Counted from the whole stretch's first letter, positions 50,349-61,849 are shown. The stretch is 63,664 bases of DNA, filler included, from Globobulimina sp. (GCA_003354225.1; 46 parts of 46 records of this genome joined end to end with filler, not necessarily neighbours in it), one strand, 5' to 3'. The notes: generated from the letters alone by a model not told the origin. Program-made: numbers and translations.

Positions 50349-51140
50349 ATGTGGTCGTTAGTTTTGTATTTTATCAAATCTTTATTAAAATTCCCATTAC
50401 TAAATGTATATTCCACTCCCTTTCATGCAAGCGCCTTTTGGTATTTTTTGCCTGTAGTTTTTGTCGAATTGGTAATCATTACTGGATCAACGTCATTAAA
50501 TGTATGGTTGTTGTATCATTATTCATTAAATATGTGGTTAATAGCATTTATATTAGCAATCATGCAAATAGTCGTTATTTTAATATTCGATGTGTCATCT
50601 TTAACCGTAGACAATTTTGTATTTGATATTACCAAATATTTACAATACGATTTTCATAAAAGTGGATATCAGTACGCTTCCGATTATGCCTATTTTGAAG
50701 AAATGAACGCATATATGAGGTATAAACATATTGGCAACGCGCAATGTTCAATTTGTTTGAATGATTTTGTTAATGATGCTCGTGGCACTCAAAAACAATT
50801 AATATTTTGCGGACATTTGTATCATAAATCCTGCATAGAACGAAATGAAGCAAGTAAATGGAGTGATGATGAAAGTATTTATTATAACCCATACAGTCAA
50901 TGTCCAAATTGTATGACACCGTATCACTCACATTTCGAAAAATACGAATTTGATGCAAATTACGATGAAACGAGGCATTGGTACCCGAAATATAATTATT
51001 ATGGCGCTGCTTTTTTAAGACAAAATATATGGGCGAAATATGATGCTGCTTTCTACGATACACCGTTCATGGAAACGAGCAAGAAATGGGTTGAAAGAAC
51101 GGGTGGTTTCGCTGTTCCACATAATTATGGCGGATGTTGA
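50349..51140 (+). CDS. Membrane RING-H2 protein (putative E3 ligase)
   Basis: Two or three TM helices, then CSICLNDF...LIFCGHLYHKSCI...CPNC. Confidence 0.82.
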   Translation: MWSLVLYFIKSLLKFPLLNVYSTPFHASAFWYFLPVVFVELVIITGSTSLNVWLLYHYSLNMWLIAFILAIMQIVVILIFDVSSLTVDNFVFDITKYLQYDFHKSGYQYASDYAYFEEMNAYMRYKHIGNAQCSICLNDFVNDARGTQKQLIFCGHLYHKSCIERNEASKWSDDESIYYNPYSQCPNCMTPYHSHFEKYEFDANYDETRHWYPKYNYYGAAFLRQNIWAKYDAAFYDTPFMETSKKWVERTGGFAVPHNYGGC

Positions 51141-51299
51141 TGATTTATGAACCGAATAAATACGTACATTGTACATTGTGGCATACGTACAGGACCGATN
51201 NNNNNNNNNNNNNNNNNNNNNNNNNNNNNNNNNNNNNNNNNNNTTAATTAATTAANNNNNNNNNNNNNNNNNNNNNNNNNNNNNNNNNNNNNNNNNNNN

Positions 51300-51933
51300 T
51301 ATGATCAGCGTACAACAGGCACTTACACCTGCTTTAAAGGATGCTACAAACACTTTTACCAACAGTAACTATGCAACTTTAAAATCGGTAATGGATGTAT
51401 GCCGGGAAACCTTATTACAAAATGGTATATGGTTAACACAGTACCCTGTACCAGTGGAAACCGGACATCTTGGTTTGGTTACAAAAATAATCCATGCTTC
51501 CACTGGTCAATGGCAGGCATCATTGATCGTTATGCCACTACCAAAGAGCGACCCGCAGGGCTTTGGCTCAGCCCTCACATATGCCCGCCGTTATGGTGTA
51601 TCAGCATTGCTTGGAATTATCACCGAGGACGATGATGCAGAAGGAGCAATGAAAAGAGGACAAACAGAAAACTCCAGATCACCATCCGTAAATCACGACC
51701 CCAAAACTCCTGTTAGAAGCCATAAACAGCCGCCCCAAGACAGTGGTCCAGGAGGGTCAGATAATTTACCAAAATTGGATGGAGTCAATTATCGAAAACA
51801 AAAAGCCGGTGATGGTAAAGTCTGCATCCTTGCCACTGGCAACACTCATTCTAAGAAAGAGTTTCTAAAAACAGCAGGTTTCCGTTGGGATGGGGATAAG
51901 AAAATCTGGTGGAGGTATGCCAATGCAGCTTGA
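51300..51933 (+). CDS. ERF-family single-strand annealing protein (prokaryotic or phage), 5'-truncated
   Basis: KDATNTFTNSNYATL..V...R..L..NGI.LTQ, HASTGQW, DPQGFGSALTYARRY.VSALLGI..EDDD. Confidence 0.92.
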
Positions 51934-52584
51934 TCTTAAAAAAGAAGGATTGCTTCAATTTTTGACAACCGGGATATTGAAACACAGTCAAAACGATACG
52001 ATGGCACAACTTGGGGACCGCAGTAAATACATAGGCTTGTCAGACATAGGCAAAGGTATCGAGTGTCTTCGATCAGCCGTAGCAAGTAAAGCTGGTATCA
52101 CCCAGTTTCCTGATCACAAGGATGTACCCGGCTTAAATCCAGTGGAATTAAGAAAGGTTCTTGGCAAACAGATCATTTTACAGCGTGGCCACTGGCAGGA
52201 GTATGGCATCCAGAATGCTATGACGTCAACCGGTATTAAACTTATACCCCAGCTTGAAATTTGTGTGGACTACAAAGGTATTCCAATTAAAGCTCATCTT
52301 GATTTTGCCATTATCTGGGGCGGTCAAAAACCAGCAGTAAGGGTTATAGAACTGAAAAGCAATGAAAACATCCCTGATAATCTATATGCATCCTATGAAG
52401 CCCAACTTTATGGACAAGTTGGACTTCTCAAGCAGTGTTGGGATAAACCCTGTTTCAGTGTAACTGAGGAACATAATCAGATCGGTTTTAAAGATGTAAC
52501 ATTCCCTGAAGCCGTGCGATTGTTATTCGGTGTTGAAATGCCTGCTACACCCGAGGATGTGGATATTGAAGCCTGGGTAATTTC
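51923..52584 (+). CDS. PD-(D/E)XK (Cas4/RecB-like) nuclease, 3'-truncated, overlapping the ERF stop
   Basis: GGAGG 7 nt upstream of ATG 51923; YIGLSDIG, RGH..E, HLDF...VIELKS, QLYGQ. Confidence 0.75.
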
Positions 52585-52781
52585 NNNNNNNNNNNNNNNN
52601 NNNNNNNNNNNNNNNNNNNNNNNNNNNNTTAATTAATTAANNNNNNNNNNNNNNNNNNNNNNNNNNNNNNNNNNNNNNNNNNNNCCTGTTATCCTCATCA
52701 CTTTCAAAGTACACACAAGGGTCACTGCTGTAATGGTGGCATTTGTATTCAATTCCACACCTATTCTCTTTCGGTTCTGAA

Positions 52782-52988
52782 TCAGTTTTCATTTCGCCCT
52801 CCAAAATTAGCTGGCGCCACAGTGAACATAGATTGGAACTTTTTCATTTTATCATTATGTTCGTACCCGTCGCACTCTTTTTGGTTTGCGTGTGTAGTCA
52901 GCCCCTTATTGCACTTGTTATCTTTATCATTGCTGGCGCAATTTACACACGGCAATTCATATTTAATTTCTGTCATCTTGTCCTCCAA
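52782..52988 (-). CDS. Small Cys-rich phage-like hypothetical protein
   Basis: Part of an overlapping minus-strand ORF chain; CVNC...C...C. Confidence 0.5.
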   Translation of the reverse strand: MEDKMTEIKYELPCVNCASNDKDNKCNKGLTTHANQKECDGYEHNDKMKKFQSMFTVAPANFGGRNEN

Positions 52989-53160
52989 AATAGTCGATTG
53001 CTTGTTGTTTGGTTTGGAAAACTACTGTCTTGTGAACAATAAAATTAAATCCATTAAATTTTAATTCATAGGAATTACCAATAGTATCCGTGACCATAAC
53101 AGGTGCTATCCCAATACTTTGACAATTAGTCCAAACCATATCACCCTTTTTAAATTTCAT
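52963..53160 (-). CDS. Phage-like hypothetical protein
   Basis: MKFKKGDMVW start; 4-nt ATGA overlap with the upstream YopX ORF. Confidence 0.6.
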   Translation of the reverse strand: MKFKKGDMVWTNCQSIGIAPVMVTDTIGNSYELKFNGFNFIVHKTVVFQTKQQAIDYFGGQDDRN

Positions 53161-53561
53161 TTTGAATCCTTGTCGTGAATGTTGGAAGTTACCCTAACCC
53201 CTTCCTCTATTGCTATATTAACCCTCAGTTCTTCAAATCCTACACAGTAGTCATTCTGAGGATAAGGATAGACAAAACGCCACTCATAATCTTTAAAAAC
53301 TACAGAGCCAACACATCCATCGTACATCTCTAAAATATCCCCCTCGAAAATCTTAATCCCTTTGGAATCTAGCAGGCCGGTGAATTGGCAGACTGAATAT
53401 GATCTAACATTGACAACACAAGCCTCCCATGTTCCATACACTCTGTCTCGCATGGCGATCCAACTAAGATAGCTCCCTCCGTGTCGTCTAGTCCTAACAT
53501 GGCTACCCTCAACCCACTCACCAGTTTCAGTGCTTATCCCTTTAAATAATATATCTCTCAT
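53157..53561 (-). CDS. YopX-family phage protein
   Basis: MRDILFKG...TGEWVEG ... VCQFTGLLDSKGIKIFEGDIL ... V.SNIHD. Confidence 0.9.
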   Translation of the reverse strand: MRDILFKGISTETGEWVEGSHVRTRRHGGSYLSWIAMRDRVYGTWEACVVNVRSYSVCQFTGLLDSKGIKIFEGDILEMYDGCVGSVVFKDYEWRFVYPYPQNDYCVGFEELRVNIAIEEGVRVTSNIHDKDSK

Positions 53562-53642
53562 TTCCCCATCTCCTTCATAATCAAAATCCCAGTACCAATT
53601 GCAACGAATGCGAAAAGGGCAAGGGTTTGGATTTTTGATAGT

Positions 53643-53855
53643 TTAATTTTCATTGGTGGCCATCCTTATCACTTCTAAGTCTTTCGATCTGGCTTCAAAA
53701 TAGTAACCACAACAGTTTTCGTATACCGTGCATTCAATGTTGCCATTTTCATTTATTTCTCCTGTTGAATAGCCGAGTATACCGGTTCCAATAGTCCTAA
53801 CTATAGAATTTCTTGGTGGTATAATTGCGTTACTTTTATTATTAATTTCCATCAC
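53643..53855 (-). CDS. Phage-like hypothetical protein
   Basis: Strong AAGGAGG ribosome-binding site upstream; co-oriented with YopX. Confidence 0.6.
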   Translation of the reverse strand: MMEINNKSNAIIPPRNSIVRTIGTGILGYSTGEINENGNIECTVYENCCGYYFEARSKDLEVIRMATNEN

Positions 53856-54070
53856 GCACCTCCTTTAGCTCAAAATATAAGTTCCTCAATCCCAATTTAA
53901 CAACCCTTAAACTTTTACTTGCAATGTGGCGTTCAAATCTACCACAAAAATGTATAATATTAGGGTACANNNNNNNNNNNNNNNNNNNNNNNNNNNNNNN
54001 NNNNNNNNNNNNNTTAATTAATTAANNNNNNNNNNNNNNNNNNNNNNNNNNNNNNNNNNNNNNNNNNNNG

Positions 54071-54178
54071 GGTTCAGGTACTTTTGTCCTTTTGGCCGAA
54101 CCTGAACCTGAACCTGAACCTACCTAAAATCCGAAGTACTTACCTGAAGTACTTTGCCTCGAACCCGGTTTTCAGGTT
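54071..54178. repeat. gaacct hexamer array with inverted copies (transposon subterminal-like)
   Basis: (gaacct)4 at 54098-54121; ggttcaggt and ttcaggtt in the opposite orientation. Confidence 0.65.
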
Positions 54179-54807
54179 AATTTTTACAAAAATCTCAGCT
54201 GTTTTTTATCAAGTTTTTAGTTTAAAATTATTATTGTCTGGTTAAAAAACTGTTGAGGCCGCAGTCTTATGGTACCTTCCCATGTGGGCGCCGATTTGAT
54301 GTCATGCAATAGCTAAAACAAGACATGTGTGCGTGAGCGCGGTGAGCGCAAAATAAATATTTCTGCTTATTCTTCTCAGAATCAGATCAAACCTAACTGA
54401 TCTGGAAACAACATTATGCTATTTCTTCAGTCCTATAGCAGAGCATTGCGGTGGTAGCAGTTAATGAAACATATTGTGGTCAGACAACTTTTATTTATGA
54501 GATCAGATTGCTGAGAAATAATTAAAAATATTGTTATGGCTAATTCGTCTAATTGTTACGGTCAATTTGTTCGATCGATTTTTCTCCCTACATACATACA
54601 AGTCAGTCAGTCCCCGTCCGTCACTGCCGTTTTTTACTCAGACTTCGTGGGCGCAGTTTTTTTGGTGTCCATGCAATGACTAACTCATGCCCCTTGCACG
54701 AAATGAAGCGCATGTGTGTTGGACAAAGTGGACAAAGAGATGAAAGAAATAAAAGAAAAGGAAGTGATGGCTTGCGCCATTTTAATATTAAATGAAAGAT
54801 AGATATA

Positions 54808-55354
54808 CAGGGTGGTCCACCTAAAGGTTCCGATTTCACATTCTTATAACTTTTTTTGTTTTCAATGAAATCAAACGAAATTTTAGTCTGAGTTAGTCAT
54901 ATCGACCCATTTTATGTATGCAAAATTTTGACTTGATCAAATGAACAGTTCGCGTATTATGACACTTTTAGTAAACATGGAGAAATCAGTGTTAGACCAT
55001 TTTCCACATACAGCGACAGATTTTCATGATTTGAATTTTATAAATTTGCATAAATATTTATTTATTAAGTTTGTTTTAGGTAGTAAACATAAATATAAAT
55101 TATTATTCAATCACCCATCATTCAAGAGTGCATGCTTCTAATTAAAATCATAAAAATCACCCTTGAATGTGGAAAATGGATAAAAAACACTGATTTCTCC
55201 ATGTTTACTAAAAGTGTCAGAACACGCCAACCGTTTATTGGAACCAGTCAAAATTTTGCATACATAAAATGGGTGGATATGACTAACTCAGACTAAAATT
55301 TCGTTTGATTTCATTGAAAACAAAAAAAGTTATAAGAATGTGAAATCGGAACCT
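54808..55354. mobile_element. Tc1/mariner-type fold-back MITE, right end cut by the contig boundary
   Basis: TA|CAGGGTGGTCCA terminus; ~200-bp arms near-perfectly inverted (aggttccgatttcacattc... / ...gaatgtgaaatcggaacct). Confidence 0.88.
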
Positions 55355-55454
55355 NNNNNNNNNNNNNNNNNNNNNNNNNNNNNNNNNNNNNNNNNNNNTT
55401 AATTAATTAANNNNNNNNNNNNNNNNNNNNNNNNNNNNNNNNNNNNNNNNNNNN

Positions 55455-56739
55455 CTTAAAATGAAAAAAATCTGCAAAATGCTAATGCAAACAAAACAAT
55501 CCTTAGGATCCAAAATAAAATCACTGGAGAATGAGAAAAAGGAAGAAAATGAATTAACCTCAAAAACTATAAATGATTTACAACAGCAAATCAATGCTAC
55601 CATGGCTATGAGTCAACAGTATGAAAATATCATTGATAAACGCAACAATGAAATTACTGCACTTAAACAAAAAATTGCTTATTCAGTTAACTAAAACACA
55701 TCATCTCCATACATATGATATAAAATGCATACAACATAAATATATTAAGAATGAAGCAGTAATTCTCCAAAATGACGCCTCGCAGCAAATATTACAAGAA
55801 TTAAATAACAAATGTGACGAATATGAGCAACAAATCGCAACATTAAAACATACAGCAAATATGGAGAGAAAACCAGAGGATAACAATGAGCAAAGAATGT
55901 CGATCAAAAATCTTTTTGGTATGAAAAAAGAAAAAAAAAAGGATGACAATAAAGACACAAATGGTGCAAAGATAGATGGATTTGAAGAATTAAAACAGTC
56001 CCATTCTGATTTAGAAAATGAAGCTGAATCCATGGTATATTTTGTGTTTATTTTTTATACACAAATTCACGGAGTTTACATCGCATATTTGTTTTTTGTT
56101 TGTTTTAGAGGCAGAAAATCGTAAAATTAAAAGCAAAATTGGGCAAAAAGAAGGAGGAGAATAAAGAGATACGATCGCAGGAAATGCGAAGGACAGAGAA
56201 ATTGGGGGATTTATATGAGAATACATTGAAGTTTAAACAATGTGTTTCCTCATTAAAAGATGAGATTTTGTCCGTTGGGAATGAATGGAAACAGCAAATT
56301 GTTTTTGATGAACAAAATCTAAAACAAATATGTGTGAAAATGCATAATAATCAACAAAATGACAAAGTATATGATGATAAGATTGAAGCAATGCGTAAGG
56401 AATTGGAAAAAGAAAGGCAAACAATGGAGGAATATAAGCATAAAAATAATGATTTAATGGCAGAAAATGAGCGAAATAGGGAATTATTGGGTAAATATGA
56501 TGAGGTTAGTAATGAGAGGGATGCCTTGATTGAGTCATTGGAGAATATAAAACAAGAAAATAATCAATGTGTAAATGATTATAATGTTAAAGTTGGAGAG
56601 ATGACACAGGAATTAAAGAGAACAAATCAGCAAAGTATCGAAATGGAGAAAGTGTATAATGATACAATTAATGTGTTGACAAAGAAAAATGAAGAGTTAA
56701 TGCTAAAAAGTAATGAATTAAGGTATGTAGTGTCGGAAT
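55455..56739 (+). CDS. Long coiled-coil protein, internal fragment with two probable introns
   Basis: Three consecutive E/K/N-rich ORFs separated by GT..AG segments (~55687-55749, ~56035-56109). Confidence 0.65.
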
Positions 56740-57088
56740 NNNNNNNNNNNNNNNNNNNNNNNNNNNNNNNNNNNNNNNNNNNNTTAATTAATTAANNNNN
56801 NNNNNNNNNNNNNNNNNNNNNNNNNNNNNNNNNNNNNNNTAATTTGTGACATGACAAAAGTTCAAATTTTGGAAATTTCCGAAGTATTCTATGTAAGATA
56901 GGAAAGTTGTAGACGGGAATATTGCATGTATTTTTATATCATTCATTCATTGTGAATGTGAGTCTACTTGTTTATACTTTATATTTTATATTTTATACTA
57001 GTTTCTGTACTTCACTCAACCGAGTTTTTTTCGTTTGATCTGCTTTGTTAATAGCGCCTCAACAGTCAACACCACAAGCTATAGAACC

Positions 57089-57918
57089 ATGAGCGACAAG
57101 GATGCAAAGAAGAGAATCACGCAAATGATTAACTTTATATTACAAGAAGGTATATAATTGTACATCACAACAAAAAACAATAAAAACAAACAAAAATAGC
57201 ACGAGAAAAGGCTGATGAAATAAGAATGAAAGCCGACGAGGAATTTCAGATTGAAAAAGGTAGAATTCTCAACCCGGAGCGATTGAAATTAAACCAAGAG
57301 TTTGATCGTAAATTTAAAGACTTAGAAATTAAACAAAAAATGTATGCAAATATGACTCAGACTCTATCGCAAAATCGCAAAAATAACCCAACAATACACA
57401 GAGAGCTATCAACCCGAATAAACAAGGCACGGTTACAAGTATTGGAGAAAAGAGGGGAATTAATGAAACAAGTCGAGGACGAGGCATATAATCGATTGTC
57501 CTCTTTGAAAAATAATAAAAATACATATCAAGAATTGTTAAAAAAATTAATGATCCAAGGATTGATACGCATCGATGAGGCCATTGTTGTGATCCGTGTG
57601 GTGAAGGAAGACATTGATTTGGCCCAAGCTGTATTTAACGACGCTGTCTCTGAATATAAGAAAATATGGAAAAATGAGGTTGGCGCAGAGGATCCCATCA
57701 GTGCTACATTGGATAGATCGCGGTTTTTGCCCTCTGCGGTCATTGGCGGAGTATCTGTTTATGCGAGACATGATAAAATATGCTTAGATAATACGTTATC
57801 GGCGCGTTTATCTATCTGTCAAACAGCATTGTTGCCCATATTAAGAGGCAGACTGTTTGGTGTTGTAGCACATCAAGGAATTGTTTACGAAGATGAACAT
57901 GAAAAGAAAAAAGAATAA
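57089..57918 (+). CDS. ATP6V1E: V-type H+-ATPase subunit E, complete; introns 57150-57199 and 57342-57401
   Basis: ITQMINFILQEAREKADEI.MKADEEFQIEK...INKARLQVL...GGVSV...KICLDNTLSARL....LLPILRGRLFG. Confidence 0.95.
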
Positions 57919-58046
57919 TTTTCCGTGTAATTATTATGTGATACAACTTTGTTGGAACAGTAACAAATCTTTTCGTCTGTCAAATAACTATAAACCAGAC
58001 ATCTCAAATGAAATACAGTGACTGTCTGGTATTATCACAGTGATAT

Positions 58047-58124
58047 AATTAACTTTTTTGGCTTAGTTTCGTTTCATTTCATTTCAACGATTTGCAAGGT
58101 TTTTGGGTTAGCTAGAGTGGTTTT
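58047..58124. repeat. Second copy of the dispersed repeat terminus at 35838-35915
   Basis: 77 of 78 nt identical. Confidence 0.85.
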
Positions 58125-58381
58125 NNNNNNNNNNNNNNNNNNNNNNNNNNNNNNNNNNNNNNNNNNNNTTAATTAATTAANNNNNNNNNNNNNNNNNNNN
58201 NNNNNNNNNNNNNNNNNNNNNNNNCATAGCAAAATTATAATATTACAGCTGTAATATTCGATCGAGATAGTACGGGTAGTAATATTATGCATATAATATT
58301 ACAAAACTGGGAAACAAATTCCATTTCTACTACGGCGTGTTGACTGGATCACAAAACTTTGACTATTCAAGCTCTAGCATC

Positions 58382-59093
58382 ATGGAACGATTACAACTCG
58401 CTTGTCCCGCATTATTCCACTGTACGTAAATTCCCATACACATAATCATCTGAGCAACATTCAGAAACAATACTTGTAACTACATGACAAAGATAATTCA
58501 GTACGTCTAATGACAGTGAGAAACTGGAAATTAGTCGCAATATATTGGTGTTTGATGCTCTCAGTGACCATCTATGTGATTATTTACACAATCATTCTTG
58601 CGAAAGGATATCAAGTCCACGACGAAGCGACAGGAACAGTATCAACAAAAGTTAAAGGTACAGCATCAACGGGCGATTTTTATAATTGGTCCAATGCCAT
58701 ACCCTATGATGCAATGGATTTAATCCATCCACCCGTTGAATCCAACGCATTATTCATAGCCACTTCCTTTGTGTCCACACCTTTGCAAACACGCGGAATA
58801 TGCAATGGCAATGAAGACATTGATGAATGTGTCTCCGACACGGATTGTGAAGAAAATGATTATAACTGGAAATCGCAAGGTATTCTTACTGGAAAATGTG
58901 GCTCAAATGATCGATGCCAAGTATATGGTTGGTGTCCATTAGAAAATGATGCAATTCGAACAACCTTTAATAATGTTGGTGCTTTCACCGTATTTGTTAA
59001 AAATGATATCAGATTCCCTAATTTCAGTATGTTGCTATGTCGCTGTGTACTTATTTACCGTTTCTATGTTATGGTCAATAACAGATGAACACT
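58382..59093 (+). CDS. P2X receptor (ATP-gated cation channel), 3'-truncated; introns 58422-58492 and 59027-59084
   Basis: LFHYNSVRL, TM1, KGYQ, STKVKG, D..D...PP.E.NALFIAT, QTRGIC, GILTGKC, CQVYGWCPLE, FTVFVKNDIRFPNF. Confidence 0.93.
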
Positions 59094-59125
59094 GTACATG
59101 TTTCTGACTAACTGACTGTTGAAAC

Positions 59126-59509
59126 AACTCTAATTCAGATATTGAGAGTGAAGAGGAACAGGACTGGGTGAAACTCTCATATGGTAAACGTATTATCGGA
59201 TTGTCCAAAAAGAAAAACGGCGAGTGCATGTTTCTAGGCGGAAATAACCTTTGCATGGCCTATGAGGCACGTCCAATGGCATGCCGCTTATTTCCGATTA
59301 ATGTAACTTTTAATGATAACGGCAATGTGACTGAATTTACACTCTCTGACATTATTCAAGATAAGTTCATAAAATGCATACAAACATACGGCAAGGGACG
59401 TTCATATAATAAGTTCGTTGCCCTGGCTTCAAAGGCACAAAAAGAGTACGAGAATTCTTGCGTTCAAATAGATGAGTCGAATGAGGATGAGACTAAGGGC
59501 AATAAGAAT
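59126..59509 (+). CDS. YkgJ-family cysteine-cluster protein fragment (prokaryote-like)
   Basis: GECMFLGGNNLCMAYEARPMACRLFP; the N-terminal CxxCxxCC part is missing. Confidence 0.78.
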
Positions 59510-60034
59510 NNNNNNNNNNNNNNNNNNNNNNNNNNNNNNNNNNNNNNNNNNNNTTAATTAATTAANNNNNNNNNNNNNNNNNNNNNNNNNNNNNNNNNNN
59601 NNNNNNNNNAATATGGATAAAATAAATAAATATCATATCTCCATAATAATGTTTCATAATAAATCTCGAACTATCCTTCGGAATAATAAAATTAAAATGT
59701 AATTATGGATGCTAAAGTTGCGCCGGATATATATATATGATATTTTGATGAAATTAGCAAATATATTATTAGATTTTATCAATATATTAGCCAAATCCTA
59801 AGGGAATCTTCGCAGTCTAATATATATCTAACCAGTATAATATATTTATTAGCACTAATATGCGTATCTCTTATCGGGAACACTACTGTACCTAAAGGTA
59901 AAAGTTAAATTTTTAATTAAATAATTACAAATGTTTGATCTTCTCTATAAACCCTTGAGAATATACTACGTATATCTTCTCAAGGGGATAATCCTCATTA
60001 TACTCATCCTCATTATACCAATTGTCAAAATCAT

Positions 60035-60453
60035 AATTATGTTTCTGTTGTACATGATATTCAGAAACAAAAGCAAACACTACACGTTTTTGGAATGATT
60101 GGTCTATAGATGCATCAAATTAGCTCGCAATATTCACTTTGAAAAAAATTACTTGTGAGATGTGGACACATCCAATAAATACGAAACTTTCCAACAGAAC
60201 AGATTTTTCATATATTGCTTTAAACACAAACTATGTACCATACAACAAAAAATGATTGTTTTTGAAGAAACAATTGAATAAATTACGTTTAAAGCAAGAT
60301 ATGAAAAATCTGTTCTGTTGGAAAGTTTCGTATTTATTGGATGTCCACATCAAAGGAATTTTATTCAAAGTGAATATTGCGAGCTAATTTGATGCATCTA
60401 TAGTGTAGTGTTTGCTTTTGTTTCTGAATATCATGTACAACAGAAACATAATT
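60035..60453. repeat. Fold-back element with ~170-190-bp inverted arms and a ~60-nt loop
   Basis: aattatgtttctgttgtacatgatattcagaaac... is mirrored by ...gtttctgaatatcatgtacaacagaaacataatt, with a few indels. Confidence 0.88.
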
Positions 60454-61849
60454 TATTTCATGTACAAACATACCTGAGAATCATAGCTATTATGTGTCGA
60501 AAGAATTTTTGAATTCCATTGAATTCTCTTTAATCTAGCATTATATTATCATGTCATACAAATCCTAATTTCTTAGTTCCGGTACTACCTAATAATTGTT
60601 TATTATGTCGGAATATGTCCTTTTACATATAAATACGGTTGACATAATTCAGTATTTATTCGTTTAGTCTGTTAAATATTGAATGTACTGTGATGTATCG
60701 GATAAGATGAAGACAAAATGATCAAAATATTGATATGATCAAATATTACTGGACGAACTTAGAAAATAGTCACATAAATGATCATAAAACGTTAGAAAAT
60801 AGTCATAAAAACACTTTCGTCAGAAATCTTTTCTGATTTCAGAAAACGATCAGATAATGGTCAGAATACGTCAGTAAATCTTTTTATAAGTCAGNNNNNN
60901 NNNNNNNNNNNNNNNNNNNNNNNNNNNNNNNNNNNNNNTTAATTAATTAANNNNNNNNNNNNNNNNNNNNNNNNNNNNNNNNNNNNNNNNNNNNTGAAAT
61001 AATATTAACATTATGCAGCGAATCGAGGGTGCCTCTTGCCATGACATAGGAGGCAGAATCGAAGGTGGTGGCACATTCATTGTTGAGATTATTAAATTTG
61101 AGTAAAACAGTCTGCAAATATTTGAGTAAAACATCTTTGAGCATTTCCTAAACTCCCATCTTATTACTTATCCTAAACGCGCGTCGATATATACTGAAGT
61201 CATTAGTCATTTAGAGAATGTCTAATTTTTTCCAATTGATATTATTGGCCTGTATCAGTGTCTGCATTGCGGCAAAAAGTGAAACCATCAATGATCAAAT
61301 TGTAGATCCAAGCATTTCAATGTTTAGTGCCAATGTTGTTATTTTCATTGCAAATCTGAATTTTGACCATAACATATATACACATTATATTTATATATAT
61401 ACAGAACAGCAACGAACAATGAGTATAATAACGGATATACGAAAGAGCGCGTTCGTTGCCCATTGCCGCAAAATACTCACATTAACCATCAGATATTTTG
61501 TGTGTTAGTAATATTTGGACCGCTATTATTTATTTTATCGACTGTACGCATGTCACGTATGTATATAATATATATGTAGCTAATTGCATTTTTATTTTCA
61601 TTCACATTTTGCAATTTGGTACTTTGGGACAACACACACGTTTTCTATCAGTTTCACGCTTAACAATTATCTCTTATTTCGATACAAATTTGTCCATTTA
61701 TGTACATATTACCGCACAATAAATAATAATAATAATAAACAACCTGAAATGTGCGTACTTTTCGTTGTTCGTTTTCGGCAAAGTACACAAATTAATCATA
61801 CAACAATTCATCAGATATTTTTTATGATATTTTCTATACAGAAAAAGAA

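Noticed and set aside
51300..53969. ERF/nuclease and YopX cluster as one prophage
   Set aside because: Different contigs with no evidence of linkage
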